This document shows positions 47,690 through 58,007 of a stretch of DNA of 64,000 bases, in pieces. The notes under the pieces are model-generated. The model saw only the letters and a list, made by a program, of their open reading frames with translations, was not told the origin of the DNA and ran no database searches. A program made the position numbers and the translations under genes. How positions within the stretch are numbered: position 1 is the first letter of the stretch; each line of letters begins with the position of its first letter. The stretch is from positions 30,244 to 94,243 of the forward strand of contig MFPD01000019.1 in the NCBI GenBank assembly GCA_001784115.1. The letters run 5' to 3'. This DNA is from Candidatus Levybacteria bacterium RIFCSPLOWO2_02_FULL_37_18. GTDB taxonomy: Bacteria; Patescibacteriota; Microgenomatia; Levybacterales; UBA12049.

Positions 47690-48809
47690 AAACTTCCAAT
47701 GTCTTATACGTTAAATCTCTCCAGGAAAATTTTTTCACCAATAGTAAACCTTTCTTTTTTTGCGACTCTATTCTATCATCTTTTTTTAATACCCGCATGA
47801 AAACTCCACCAATGCTTGAAACATTTTTTGGATCAAAGTAAAAAGCTGCATCGCCAACTATTTCTCTATGAACCACGATATCTGATAACATCACCAAACA
47901 ATTATTACTCATTGCTTCTATGACTGGCAGGTCAAATCCCTCCATACGTGCTGGACTCACAAGCGCTTTTGCATTTTTATAAAGCTCTGCAAGCTCTCTG
48001 TCTGTAACATATCCATAAAAAATTAATGAGTGATCTATTCCATTTGAAATAACATATTTCTTTAATTTCCTATAAAAATAATCCTCTTTCCCAACCAAGA
48101 CAAGTTTGAGATCTTTATGAACTTTATGAACAAAATCTTGAACAAGTAACTGTTTAAACGCATCAATTAATCTAACTAAGTTCTTGTGTGGATACGCATT
48201 CCCAACGTAAAGAAAGTATGAACCTTTAGGTAATTGGTATTTATTTGAAATTTGAAATTTGAAATTTGAAATTTTTTTGTCTATTCCTTCATACGTCACA
48301 ACTATTTTTTCCGGATCAACTTTATAGTGATCAATTATCTCTTTTTTTGTTGCTTGCGATACGGTAATTATTTTTTGCGCTCTATTAATTGCATGGCTTA
48401 TCACATGCTTATATCCTAATCGTTTTAACTGATAAATCCCCAACGGAAGAGTCGATGCCTCTCCTGTATCAAAATGATTAATAATCAAATCATGAATGGT
48501 AACTACAAAACTCCCCTTGTAAAAAATAGGCACAGAAAAATAAGGAAAATGAACAAGATCAAGTGTTTCTTTGTTTAGAATTTTTGGAAATTGTATTTGT
48601 TCTTCAATCGTATGCCACCGAATGTTCGTTCGAACAACCTTGAACTTGTCATCCTGAACTTGATTCAGTATCTCTTGTTCATCCTTTTCCAAACAAAACA
48701 ATACATACTCATTCTTCTGACCAAGTTTATGCAGTTGACCAACAAGATTTCGAATATATCTTCCAACTCCGCTCTCATTCCACAATCTTACATCGATACC
48801 AATCCTCAT
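47658..48809 (-). CDS. GT4 glycosyltransferase
   Basis: GVGRY, TIHDL, VGNAYPHKN and EGFDLPVIEAM motifs. Confidence 0.9.
   Translation of the reverse strand: MRIGIDVRLWNESGVGRYIRNLVGQLHKLGQKNEYVLFCLEKDEQEILNQVQDDKFKVVRTNIRWHTIEEQIQFPKILNKETLDLVHFPYFSVPIFYKGSFVVTIHDLIINHFDTGEASTLPLGIYQLKRLGYKHVISHAINRAQKIITVSQATKKEIIDHYKVDPEKIVVTYEGIDKKISNFKFQISNKYQLPKGSYFLYVGNAYPHKNLVRLIDAFKQLLVQDFVHKVHKDLKLVLVGKEDYFYRKLKKYVISNGIDHSLIFYGYVTDRELAELYKNAKALVSPARMEGFDLPVIEAMSNNCLVMLSDIVVHREIVGDAAFYFDPKNVSSIGGVFMRVLKKDDRIESQKKKGLLLVKKFSWRDLTYKTLEVYESCHRLRSG
48243..48274. repeat. (ATTTGAA)x4.6 inside GT4
   Basis: Encodes ISNFKFQISN in the interdomain linker after TYEG. Confidence 0.9.
48648..48674. repeat. Family B half-element in frame in GT4
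   Basis: gtcatcctgaacttgattcagtatctc; encodes EILNQVQDD. Confidence 0.8.
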
Positions 48810-49681
48810 AGTTTCTCCTTAATATCAATACCTTTGTGTACTAACCAACTAACAAATCTTGGATATTTTTTTTCATAGTGTTTTTTGTAAAAAATTCTCA
48901 TGGCATCAAATCGCGCTTTGGAAGCTCTATTTCTTGTTTCTTTATTTGCAGTTGTCCGATCTTTTGAAATATCTTTAATACCGCTTGATACACCTTTGTA
49001 GTGGAGTATTGATACATTGCTATAATAAAAAATCTTCCATCCTTTTTGTTTGAGTCTATAGCAAAAATCTAGGTCTTCTCCGTAAAAAAAATAATCCTCA
49101 TCCCACCACTTCACATCATCTCCTGCTTTTCTTCTAACGAGCATCACTGCCCCTCCACACGCGTCTATCTCATGGATAGTGGACAAGTCTTTCCATCCCA
49201 TTGTGTACCCACTGAATAATTTTGAATGTGGAAATAATTTTGTCAGACCCGAAAAATAACAAAATGAATTCCACGGCGTAGGAAAGCCTCTGTGGGACGC
49301 ATCATCTATTTCTCCATTTGGTAATTCAACTTTACAAGCAACTGCACCTACTTGAGTATGTTCATCAAGAAACCCAAGAAGCGTTTCTATTGATTTTTCT
49401 CTAACTAAAGTATCCGGATTTAGAAAAAGGATATAATTTCCCTTGGATTTCTTAATACCTATATTATTAGCTTTTGAAAACCCAAGGTTTTCTTTATTTT
49501 CTACTAAAATAACATCTTTAAATGAATTTCGTATCGTTTCCGCAGAACCATCACCTGACGCATTATCAACAACAATAATTTCTTTTTTTATTTTGTTCAA
49601 AATATTCTTTTCGATTGAATCGATACATTCTCTCAAAAAAATTTTGCTGTTATAGGAAACAATTAGTATTGAAATGTCCAT
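48806..49681 (-). CDS. GT2 glycosyltransferase (rhamnosyltransferase-like)
   Basis: VVDNASGDGS, NLGFSKANN, LNPD and FFYGEDLD motifs. Confidence 0.9.
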   Translation of the reverse strand: MDISILIVSYNSKIFLRECIDSIEKNILNKIKKEIIVVDNASGDGSAETIRNSFKDVILVENKENLGFSKANNIGIKKSKGNYILFLNPDTLVREKSIETLLGFLDEHTQVGAVACKVELPNGEIDDASHRGFPTPWNSFCYFSGLTKLFPHSKLFSGYTMGWKDLSTIHEIDACGGAVMLVRRKAGDDVKWWDEDYFFYGEDLDFCYRLKQKGWKIFYYSNVSILHYKGVSSGIKDISKDRTTANKETRNRASKARFDAMRIFYKKHYEKKYPRFVSWLVHKGIDIKEKL

Positions 49682-49682
49682 A

Positions 49683-50876
49683 TTAGCTAACTACAGAGTT
49701 ATATACTTCTTCTAATTTTTTAACGATAATTTTCCAATCATAATTCTCGGAAACTAACATTCTTGCTTTTTTTACCATTGTATTTTTTAACTCACTATTT
49801 TCTAAAACAGTTTTCATGTCCATTGCGAATGATTCGGGATCATCCGCAACCAGTACTTCTTTTCCGTTTTTTAATGTAATTCCCTCTATGCCAAGAGTCG
49901 TTGACACTACCGGAGTTCCGCTTGCCATTGCCTCCAATATTTTGTATCTCGAACCTCCACCAACACGAATCGGTGCAACGAGAAGTGAAGCTTTTTTGTA
50001 AATTTCTTCTGTTTTCTCGGAAGCATCTTCATCATAGAAAACACTTTCCGATGTGTTCAATTTTTTAATTGAGTTGGGAATATTTTTTCCAACAACCCAC
50101 AGTTTAGGTAAGGATTTATTTTCATAAACTTTGATAAATAACGGCCAAATTTCTTCTAGTAACCAGCTTACCGCGTCTTTATTTTGTACCCATTTAAAAT
50201 CTCCAATAAATAAAATCCTTATTTCTTCTGCTTGGGATTTCGATCCAGATGGCGATTTAATTTTGAATTTTTCAATATCAACTCCATTTGGCACAACGCT
50301 TACCTTGCTATTGTCCATAAATTTTTTTTCTTCCTCTGAAACCGCAACAAGATGACTTGCTCTTTTCCAGAAACGCTTTTCCCAAAATCTTAATTTTAGA
50401 ATATCCATATACAAAATTGGTTTTAAAAAAAACGGGGAACCGTTTGCATATTTTTTATAAACCAAATATTCAATATTATGCTCAACTAAAACAATAGGAA
50501 CCGTTGTTTGAGGTATATTTTGAAATACGTATGAAGTCTCCACATGTATAATATCAAACGTGCTATTTGCCAGTTGTTTTTTTATTGTTTTTTTCAAATC
50601 TTTGTTTGTGTGTCCTACCAGTAAAAATGGATACAATGAAAATCCTGATTTTAAAATATTCATAATACTCCATTGAGGAATTCTATCAACAGTAATAAGC
50701 TCAGAACACACCTTTTTAACTTCGTCTTCATCTTTTTTAGATTGATAATTTCTTTTCTCGCACACAAGAGTTATTGAGTGTTTTTTTGATAAAAGTTTTA
50801 GAAGATTATACAAACGAATGTGTCCACCTGAATAAAGCGGATACGGCAAATAAGATGATATCAGAAGTATATTCAT
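49683..50876 (-). CDS. GT4 glycosyltransferase
   Basis: PYPLYSGG, EHNIE, VPNGVD and GGGSRYKILEAMA motifs. Confidence 0.9.
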   Translation of the reverse strand: MNILLISSYLPYPLYSGGHIRLYNLLKLLSKKHSITLVCEKRNYQSKKDEDEVKKVCSELITVDRIPQWSIMNILKSGFSLYPFLLVGHTNKDLKKTIKKQLANSTFDIIHVETSYVFQNIPQTTVPIVLVEHNIEYLVYKKYANGSPFFLKPILYMDILKLRFWEKRFWKRASHLVAVSEEEKKFMDNSKVSVVPNGVDIEKFKIKSPSGSKSQAEEIRILFIGDFKWVQNKDAVSWLLEEIWPLFIKVYENKSLPKLWVVGKNIPNSIKKLNTSESVFYDEDASEKTEEIYKKASLLVAPIRVGGGSRYKILEAMASGTPVVSTTLGIEGITLKNGKEVLVADDPESFAMDMKTVLENSELKNTMVKKARMLVSENYDWKIIVKKLEEVYNSVVS

Positions 50877-50879
50877 AGC

Positions 50880-52304
50880 TTATCTTAATTTAAACAAAAT
50901 AAATTCTTTTGTTTTTGATACTATTTTGTATTGATTACCTAATTCTTCGTCTTTTTTTGTCGGATTTAAAAACACTAAATAATCTGCTCCCATTTTTATC
51001 ATATCAGGCAATGGTTTTTCAAAACTTGCCCATCCCCGCCTTTCTGTTTGATATAAAAAAGACGTATCGCCGTCATACGGCGCAATAATTTTAGCATCTT
51101 TTGGAATAAGCCTGTTTATAGCTCTACCTGCTATAACAATAGAGCGATTATTAATGTTAAAATAATCCTTAACCATTCTCCAACTTAAAAAAAATGAAAG
51201 AAAAATACAAACTCCAACAACTAGAACCACTGCAACTTTATGTATACATCGTTGTAAAAAAGAATATATAAAAACTGTTCCGATTCCCATATATATTGAA
51301 ACAGTAGGCATAATTAATATCTGATAATAATCATGTTGTACATTTCCTGTAGCAAAAATAAATATATACAACAGTGATGATAGGAGAAAAGAATAAAAAA
51401 ATATTCCTTTTTGCGGTTCCTTCTTATATGATATTCCGGCAAACAATATGATCATTCCAAGATACCCGCTTATAAGTTTTGTAATACGCTCAAAAAAAAT
51501 CCATCGAAAAAATGCAGGACGGAATCGAATTCCATTTCCATTTAATAGCCATTCATTTACGGGAATACCCTCAGGATATTGCATCATCCATTTTCTCCAA
51601 AATATAAGTGGCAGAACAGATAGAGTAAAAAATATCCACAATTGCCATTTCTTAAAAACTGCAAATCCAAACCGTTCATATGCAATGTAAATCATTGGCA
51701 GAACAAAAAAAACAGCATAAGGCTTTAACAATAAAGAAGCAGACGTAAACAAGAATGCAAGAATAAAATAACGCATCATTCCAAACGAAGAAATCCATAT
51801 ATCAAAAAAATATGTTCCGCCCAATATTGCTGTAACCATTGTAGAATCCGGCAGTATTGTTCGACCATAATAAATGTTATACGGAAGGTATGCAAAAAAA
51901 AATGCGCTTATAAAAGCAGTCTTAATATTTAATCTTCGTTTAACAATTAAAAAAATAAATAATGTTGATAAGAGGGATGAAAAAATAGTAACCAGTCTTC
52001 CCCACTGTTCAAGAGTAAAAAAATCAAACAGAGAAAAAAAACCTGCTTGAAAAAGATTATACAAAGGGAATTCTACAAACCGATATCCATGTGGATTATC
52101 AATACCGGAGGCAACATTTGAAAGATCGTCAAATTTTGGATGCAAAATGTCAAATCCATGCAAAACAAAATTTCTTGAAACAGCAGAAGTATCTGTTTGT
52201 CTCCAACTATGCCAGTCGGCAATCGGATTATCAAATCTATATAATCTAACAAAAAAAGCGCCAAGAAGAATAATGCTCAAAAGAATTTTTTCTTTGCTCG
52301 TCAT
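50880..52304 (-). CDS. GT-C (ArnT/PMT-like) membrane glycosyltransferase
   Basis: WRQTDT, EFPLY, GRL, LLKP and HDYYQ motifs; multi-TM. Confidence 0.8.
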   Translation of the reverse strand: MTSKEKILLSIILLGAFFVRLYRFDNPIADWHSWRQTDTSAVSRNFVLHGFDILHPKFDDLSNVASGIDNPHGYRFVEFPLYNLFQAGFFSLFDFFTLEQWGRLVTIFSSLLSTLFIFLIVKRRLNIKTAFISAFFFAYLPYNIYYGRTILPDSTMVTAILGGTYFFDIWISSFGMMRYFILAFLFTSASLLLKPYAVFFVLPMIYIAYERFGFAVFKKWQLWIFFTLSVLPLIFWRKWMMQYPEGIPVNEWLLNGNGIRFRPAFFRWIFFERITKLISGYLGMIILFAGISYKKEPQKGIFFYSFLLSSLLYIFIFATGNVQHDYYQILIMPTVSIYMGIGTVFIYSFLQRCIHKVAVVLVVGVCIFLSFFLSWRMVKDYFNINNRSIVIAGRAINRLIPKDAKIIAPYDGDTSFLYQTERRGWASFEKPLPDMIKMGADYLVFLNPTKKDEELGNQYKIVSKTKEFILFKLR

Positions 52305-55300
52305 TTAACTTTGAAGATTTTCTTCCTTTCTATAACCCTTCCTTCGCTATCAAACACAAATACCTTATCGTTTAGCGGGTTTACTACCCTATCAAATGCC
52401 TGATCGAGTGAAGAAGTTTGAAAAACATTGATGTGTGAATTTCTAAATGAAAACCATACAGCGTCTTTTAACCCAACTGGAAAAATCCATGCCTGTCGAT
52501 AACGAATCGGTACATTTACAAAATATAGATTTATTGGTTCTGTTGCCCAATAATTTGAATAAGCTGAGTCAATTGTGACAAGAAAATTTTTTACTTTGTC
52601 ACCTGCTTCAGACCAATCTGTATGTATTTGCTGAAGTTGCATAATATGTAAAACAGCAAACATGGAAATAAATACCGTTAAACCTAAATATGCTATATCT
52701 TTTCCGCTATTTTTTAATAACCCAAATAAACTTTTAAATGCATGCACTAAAACTAATACTTCTCCCATCGATGCCAAATAGCTGTATCTATAACTAATAT
52801 TTCCAAGACCTAAAAATGGAAGTAATGCAATAATAAAAAAACCAAATCCAAAACAGACAATTTTTCTATCGTCTTGATTAATTTTATTCATTACAAATCG
52901 AAAACTTAAGAATAAGAAATATCCCGTAATCAAAATAATTATTGCTGAAATAAAAAAATGATTCTTAGAAATAGCTCGGAAACTTTGAAACACAGGCAAA
53001 GATAGCGATCCAAGTATGTTTAATAAAAAATAACTTATTGAGTTTGCGACAAAGTTGAAAGGAAGTTTAAAAACGTTATAACTATAATCTCCATTAAACC
53101 AATGACTATCTGCTACAAAACGTATCAATAGGTAAAATGGAATTATTGCAGATAAAATTTTTAAACTTTTTTCTCTTACCGTATCTTTTAAGCTGTAATT
53201 TTTTTCAAAAATCAATATATATAATCCAATAAGGATTGGTGTTATAATACCTAGTTCATGAAACAAAAGACCCAATACCAAAGATACTATCGATAAAACA
53301 AATAACGAATTTTTATGATTTTCTCTCCAGGTAATAAAAATAAGTAAGCTAGAAATTGAAAATAACGAAGTAAACAAAAATCCGGTTGCTGAAATCCAAA
53401 AAACAGTTTCAGAATATCCGCTTAAAATTAAAAACAAAATAGATGAAAACATTGCAATTTTGTAGTCCTTCAACAATTTTTTAACAAGAAAAAAGAATAC
53501 AACGGAAACAAGACAATGAAGAATAAGAGAAACAATATGATACATTGTTTGATTTAGCCAAAACATTTGATACATTGCTAGAAAATATAATTTTGCACCT
53601 GGTCTGTAGAAAAATCCGTCTGAAGAAATGAAATAACGAAATAGATTACTATCATTAGAAACCCATTTTAACCAGGTAAAATCATCACCAATAAAGTAAT
53701 TATTAATCATTTTTGAATAAAGCGTTACACAGATAACCACCAAGTACAAAACACTACTAAAGGAAGATGTTAAAAATTGTTTGATTTCTTGGTATAAATT
53801 TATTTCCCTTTCTTGAAATAAGTGAAGTATTCCAACTGTTATACCCATAAGCAACCATAACATAAAAGCAACTTTTGAAGCTTCAAAAACATCGATGAGC
53901 GTTGCGTTTAAAGCCAATCCAATAACCCCAGACAAAAAACCTAAAACAAAACTTTTTGCAACAGGAGAAGTAATACTTGGTAAAAGTTTTTTAAGGTAAA
54001 TCCCAAAGATTAAAAATATCCCAAAAAAGGAAATAAATCCAAGTATTCCTGTTTCACCTAAAATTCGAAGATAATTATTGTCTACTGCAAGGCTTACCGA
54101 AGAATATCCGCTGCCCAAAAAAATATTTCTTTGAAATGCGGAAATTGCCTCCGGCCATTGTCCCTGGAAACGAGTTGTAAAAGAAAGATCGTATGCTGTT
54201 GCTTTTTTTATCAAAAAATCTCCATGAAACATAAAAGTATCTGCTGTTAGATTTTTTTGTTGGACAGGTCTGTCATAAAAAAACTCTCCTACGTGACTGG
54301 CTACCGGAGAAAGAAGGAGATTTATGTATCCGGTTCCGTGTGGAAGATTTTCTCCCGTCGAAGTATTCGGAGGAGAAAGCAAATTAACTGTAGGAGAAAG
54401 AACAGAAATTGGAACAATAGCAGAGGCTGGCGGAAACACTTTAGAATCTTCTTTCTTTCCTTCAACAAGCTGGGATTTGTCTGAGTAAAATCTTCTTTGA
54501 ATAATCTTATTTTCAAAATAAGTAGAGGGAACTTCATGTATTTCGCCAATTTCCTGACCGGTTTTTGCATCTACTAAGACGGTAATTTCTTTTAACGTAC
54601 TGTTAAATCGCTCAAGCAGCCTAGACGAAAAACTCATCATAAATATTCCAACGATTACCACAACCGGAATAAGGAAAATAAGCATTTTTTTCTTTTGAAA
54701 CAAAACAACTAAAAATAACGATAACAATAAAACGAAAAAAGACACCCGCGATATAGTCATATAAAGCGCAATAAAACCAAAAAAAACCGACAGCACAATA
54801 ATGAGTTTTCCAATCCGGTTTTTAAGTCCAAACAGTAAGCTGACAAGAATCGGGATTACCAATACTAAATACGCTGCAAAATCATAATGCCCTCCGAATG
54901 TTGATGGAACGCGAGATAATCGTGAAAGGTGTATCGGTATCCCTTTGGCAAATTCTTCATTCATGGTTAAAAATGCCGGAAACCCAATATATTTTTGCCC
55001 AATACCATATAAAGAAACCGTCAAAAGCGTTATTGACAAAACGCCAATAACAAACGGCAGCATGGATTTTTGCCTAAAAGAAGCGAATGCGAGAAAAAAT
55101 AAGCTAAGATATTCAATGTGCCTTAGAAAACTCAAAAAAGCTATGTTTGGAAATACCTTGGAAATAAATGGAAAAACAAAAAGCATCGCATGAATTGTAG
55201 TTACCGCACCTACAATCCAAAACGCAAAGATTGGTATCGTTAACGGTGTTTTTAAAGAAATCTTTCGTTTAAAAAGAAGTAAAAACCAAACCGAAAGCAC

Positions 55301-55450
55301 ACACACGACAAGAAAATCTTCTATTCTCACATATACCCATGTGTTTTTAATATCAATCAAAGGAAGTTTCGGATACAAAGGAATAAATGCCAATAAAAAA
55401 AGGGTAAAAACAAAAAGGATATTTTCTAAAATCCACTTAAATGGTTTCAT
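52301..55450 (-). CDS. O-antigen-ligase-like domain fused to a GT-C-like membrane domain
   Basis: N-half RVPSTF, TISR, R...WPEA..FLGSG and DNNYLRILGETG; C-half FIGDDF, FYRP, HE and RYSY. Confidence 0.72.
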   Translation of the reverse strand: MKPFKWILENILFVFTLFLLAFIPLYPKLPLIDIKNTWVYVRIEDFLVVCVLSVWFLLLFKRKISLKTPLTIPIFAFWIVGAVTTIHAMLFVFPFISKVFPNIAFLSFLRHIEYLSLFFLAFASFRQKSMLPFVIGVLSITLLTVSLYGIGQKYIGFPAFLTMNEEFAKGIPIHLSRLSRVPSTFGGHYDFAAYLVLVIPILVSLLFGLKNRIGKLIIVLSVFFGFIALYMTISRVSFFVLLLSLFLVVLFQKKKMLIFLIPVVVIVGIFMMSFSSRLLERFNSTLKEITVLVDAKTGQEIGEIHEVPSTYFENKIIQRRFYSDKSQLVEGKKEDSKVFPPASAIVPISVLSPTVNLLSPPNTSTGENLPHGTGYINLLLSPVASHVGEFFYDRPVQQKNLTADTFMFHGDFLIKKATAYDLSFTTRFQGQWPEAISAFQRNIFLGSGYSSVSLAVDNNYLRILGETGILGFISFFGIFLIFGIYLKKLLPSITSPVAKSFVLGFLSGVIGLALNATLIDVFEASKVAFMLWLLMGITVGILHLFQEREINLYQEIKQFLTSSFSSVLYLVVICVTLYSKMINNYFIGDDFTWLKWVSNDSNLFRYFISSDGFFYRPGAKLYFLAMYQMFWLNQTMYHIVSLILHCLVSVVFFFLVKKLLKDYKIAMFSSILFLILSGYSETVFWISATGFLFTSLFSISSLLIFITWRENHKNSLFVLSIVSLVLGLLFHELGIITPILIGLYILIFEKNYSLKDTVREKSLKILSAIIPFYLLIRFVADSHWFNGDYSYNVFKLPFNFVANSISYFLLNILGSLSLPVFQSFRAISKNHFFISAIIILITGYFLFLSFRFVMNKINQDDRKIVCFGFGFFIIALLPFLGLGNISYRYSYLASMGEVLVLVHAFKSLFGLLKNSGKDIAYLGLTVFISMFAVLHIMQLQQIHTDWSEAGDKVKNFLVTIDSAYSNYWATEPINLYFVNVPIRYRQAWIFPVGLKDAVWFSFRNSHINVFQTSSLDQAFDRVVNPLNDKVFVFDSEGRVIERKKIFKVK

Positions 55451-56265
55451 AGAGTCGAAAGAAATGCCTGTTTATATGTTTTTAGTAAATAGTTATTCCC
55501 CGTTATGGCCCCAATTATAATTGCCGCAAGTGCCTTTAGCATAAGTAATAACCTCAACACAGTATATTCTACGCTGCTTTTGTGCTTTTTGTAAAAATAT
55601 TGTATTCCTTTATATATTTGAATAATCGCAAATGACCTGCTTGAACTTCCCTGACCAAGATGAATCACTTGACTTTCTGGTAAAAAAAATATTTTATACC
55701 CTAATTTTTTTATTCTAAAACAAAGTTCCATATCTTCAGCATACATAAAAAAATGTTCGTCAAATCCATTAATTTCCTTAAAAAGATCGCCTCTTGTAAG
55801 AAAAAAAGATCCTTCTACCCAATCAACTTCTTGTTTAATTTTCGGAACAAAATGATTTTCCAAAAAAACATGCAGTAAAGAGTAAAAATGTCCGGCCGAT
55901 TTTCCGCCGACTACTCCTACATCATTTCTATTATTCAAAAAATTCACCATTATATGAATTGTTGAGCTATCGTTAATAACAGCATCTGAATTTAAAAAAA
56001 GTAAAAACTCTCCATTTGCTTTTTTTGATCCAATATTATTTCCTTTACCAAAACCAACATTTTCACTGTTTTCTATAACCAATATTTTCTTGTATATTTT
56101 TTTAAAAAACCCAACCGTAGCATCGGAAGAATTATTGTCAACGACTATAACCTCAAACTTATTATCTTCTATTTCTTTTTTGTAATATTTAAAAAGTGAA
56201 TCAAGACATTGTATTGTTAAATCTTTCGTGTTAAAAGTAACGATTATAATAGAAAGCGTGATCAT
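55447..56265 (-). CDS. GT2 glycosyltransferase
   Basis: VVDNNSSD, NVGFGKGNN, LNSD and FMYAEDMELC motifs. Confidence 0.9.
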   Translation of the reverse strand: MITLSIIIVTFNTKDLTIQCLDSLFKYYKKEIEDNKFEVIVVDNNSSDATVGFFKKIYKKILVIENSENVGFGKGNNIGSKKANGEFLLFLNSDAVINDSSTIHIMVNFLNNRNDVGVVGGKSAGHFYSLLHVFLENHFVPKIKQEVDWVEGSFFLTRGDLFKEINGFDEHFFMYAEDMELCFRIKKLGYKIFFLPESQVIHLGQGSSSRSFAIIQIYKGIQYFYKKHKSSVEYTVLRLLLMLKALAAIIIGAITGNNYLLKTYKQAFLSTL

Positions 56266-56271
56266 GAAAAA

Positions 56272-56841
56272 TTATCGAAACCATGCGGCCCTGCCTAATG
56301 TATATGACAAGTCAGAAACAGTCCTTTTTTCAATTACTTTTGCCGGAACTCCTCCAACTATATCCATTGATTCAACATTTTTGGTAACTATTGCCCCTGC
56401 TGCAACTATACAACCTCTTCCGAGTGTTACTCCAGGAAGAATGATGCTTCGTGGACCAATGAATACGTAATCCTCCACAACAACTGGTGCGTGTATTGGA
56501 GTAAAATTAGGATTTTGTATATCATGTTCGGAATTATAAATCATTGCCTCGGTTGCAATGGCAACATGACTTCCAATTGAAAGCCTGTCTCGTCCGTCTA
56601 AAGCAGTCCCTTCGCCTACAATCGTGTCATTCCCAATTACAATGTTATGAGAATTATAAAATCGTACACCCATGTGAATGGTAGTACCTTTGCCAATTTT
56701 TACGCCACTTAATCTATAAAAAAATCTTCTGATAAAATGAGATGGAATATTTCCCACAAAACTGTTGAGAAAAAACATTTCTAATTCCAAAAATATTGTC
56801 CATATTCTTCTTTTTACTTTATTTAAAATTGAATCATTCAT
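56272..56841 (-). CDS. Hexapeptide-repeat O-acetyltransferase
   Basis: LbH repeats; ILPGVTLG and VGGVPAK motifs. Confidence 0.9.
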   Translation of the reverse strand: MNDSILNKVKRRIWTIFLELEMFFLNSFVGNIPSHFIRRFFYRLSGVKIGKGTTIHMGVRFYNSHNIVIGNDTIVGEGTALDGRDRLSIGSHVAIATEAMIYNSEHDIQNPNFTPIHAPVVVEDYVFIGPRSIILPGVTLGRGCIVAAGAIVTKNVESMDIVGGVPAKVIEKRTVSDLSYTLGRAAWFR

Positions 56842-56842
56842 A

Positions 56843-57973
56843 TTATTTTTCTTCTACAATCTGCTCCAAAACAGTAAGTGTAAGACGTGCGGTTTTTTCC
56901 CAACTAAATTTTTCTACTTGAATTTTTCCTTTTTCTATTAGCTCTGATCTAAGTTTTACATTGTTAAGCAACAATGCCATTTTTTCTTTTATATCCTGAG
57001 TATCTAATGGATTAACATACAAGGCTGCGTTTCCTCCTGCTTCCGGAAGACTGCTAACATTGCTGGTTATGACCGGACAACTATATTTCATCGCTTCCAA
57101 AACAGGTAAACCAAAACCTTCATACAAACTGGGAAGAACAAAAAATAATGCGTTTTTATAAAGTTGGGCTAATTCTTTATCCGTTGCAAAATCCAAAAAC
57201 TTAACACTTTGTTCTACGTTAAATTTTCTAGGAGCATCCAAAATTTCTTCATATAACCATCCCTTTTTACCAACAATCACAAGATCAATATCTTTTTTAT
57301 CCAAGAGAGAAAACGCCTCGATGAGTCTAACAATATTTTTCCTCGGCTGAAGCGTCCCCACGAATAAAATGTAGTTTTTTTTTATATTAAATCTCTCCTG
57401 TAAAACTTTTGACTTTTGCATTGTAATTTTGAATTTTGAATTTTGAATTTTGAATTTAATTCCCGGGTATGTTACCACTACTTTATCTTCTAAAACCCCG
57501 TACTGTTTGATTATATCACCTTTACTTGCGTTGCTTATAGTAAAGATCTTTTTAGCCTTTTTCACCGAATAACGAGTCCAATTTTTAAGCTGAAATAAGT
57601 CAGATTGTTTAAAAAGCTCCGGAAAATGCAGAAAAGACAAGTCCATCACAGATATTGCACAAGGAACAGGGGAAAATCTGGGAGCATAATGTGTGGGTGT
57701 AAAAAAAACATCAGAACGTGGAGAGTGAAGAAACAAATCAATTGGCAATCCAATCTGCGTCCACAATTTCTTAGGTCCAACGATTCGATACTTCCATCCT
57801 GGCCTTTCCTTTGGTAAATCATTAATTGGTTTGTTCTTTACATATATTATGAATTGGAAATTGGAAATTGGAAATTGGAAATTTTCGAATTGTTTTATCA
57901 ATTCGAATGCGTATTCTCCAATTCCTACTCTTTGACTTTCATTTGCTTCATTTCCATCGATACCTATTATCAT
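56843..57973 (-). CDS. GT4 glycosyltransferase
   Basis: VGTLQPRKN and YEGFGLPVLEAM motifs; start moved to ATG 57973 because the ORF-track start lies in a repeat. Confidence 0.9.
   Translation of the reverse strand: MIIGIDGNEANESQRVGIGEYAFELIKQFENFQFPISNFQFIIYVKNKPINDLPKERPGWKYRIVGPKKLWTQIGLPIDLFLHSPRSDVFFTPTHYAPRFSPVPCAISVMDLSFLHFPELFKQSDLFQLKNWTRYSVKKAKKIFTISNASKGDIIKQYGVLEDKVVVTYPGIKFKIQNSKFKITMQKSKVLQERFNIKKNYILFVGTLQPRKNIVRLIEAFSLLDKKDIDLVIVGKKGWLYEEILDAPRKFNVEQSVKFLDFATDKELAQLYKNALFFVLPSLYEGFGLPVLEAMKYSCPVITSNVSSLPEAGGNAALYVNPLDTQDIKEKMALLLNNVKLRSELIEKGKIQVEKFSWEKTARLTLTVLEQIVEEK
57405..57457. repeat. (AMTTTTG) heptamer array inside GT4
   Basis: acttttg x2, cattgt, aattttg x4; encodes KFKIQNSKFKITMQKSK. 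Confidence 0.9.
57852..57883. repeat. (AATTGGA)x4.6 inside GT4
   Basis: Encodes NFQFPISNFQF. Confidence 0.9.
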
Positions 57974-57980
57974 AGTGAGT

Positions 57981-58007
57981 GTCATTCTGAACTCGTTTCA
58001 GAATCTC
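57981..58007. repeat. Family B half-element at a GT gene junction
   Basis: gtcattctgaactcgtttcagaatctc. Confidence 0.85.
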
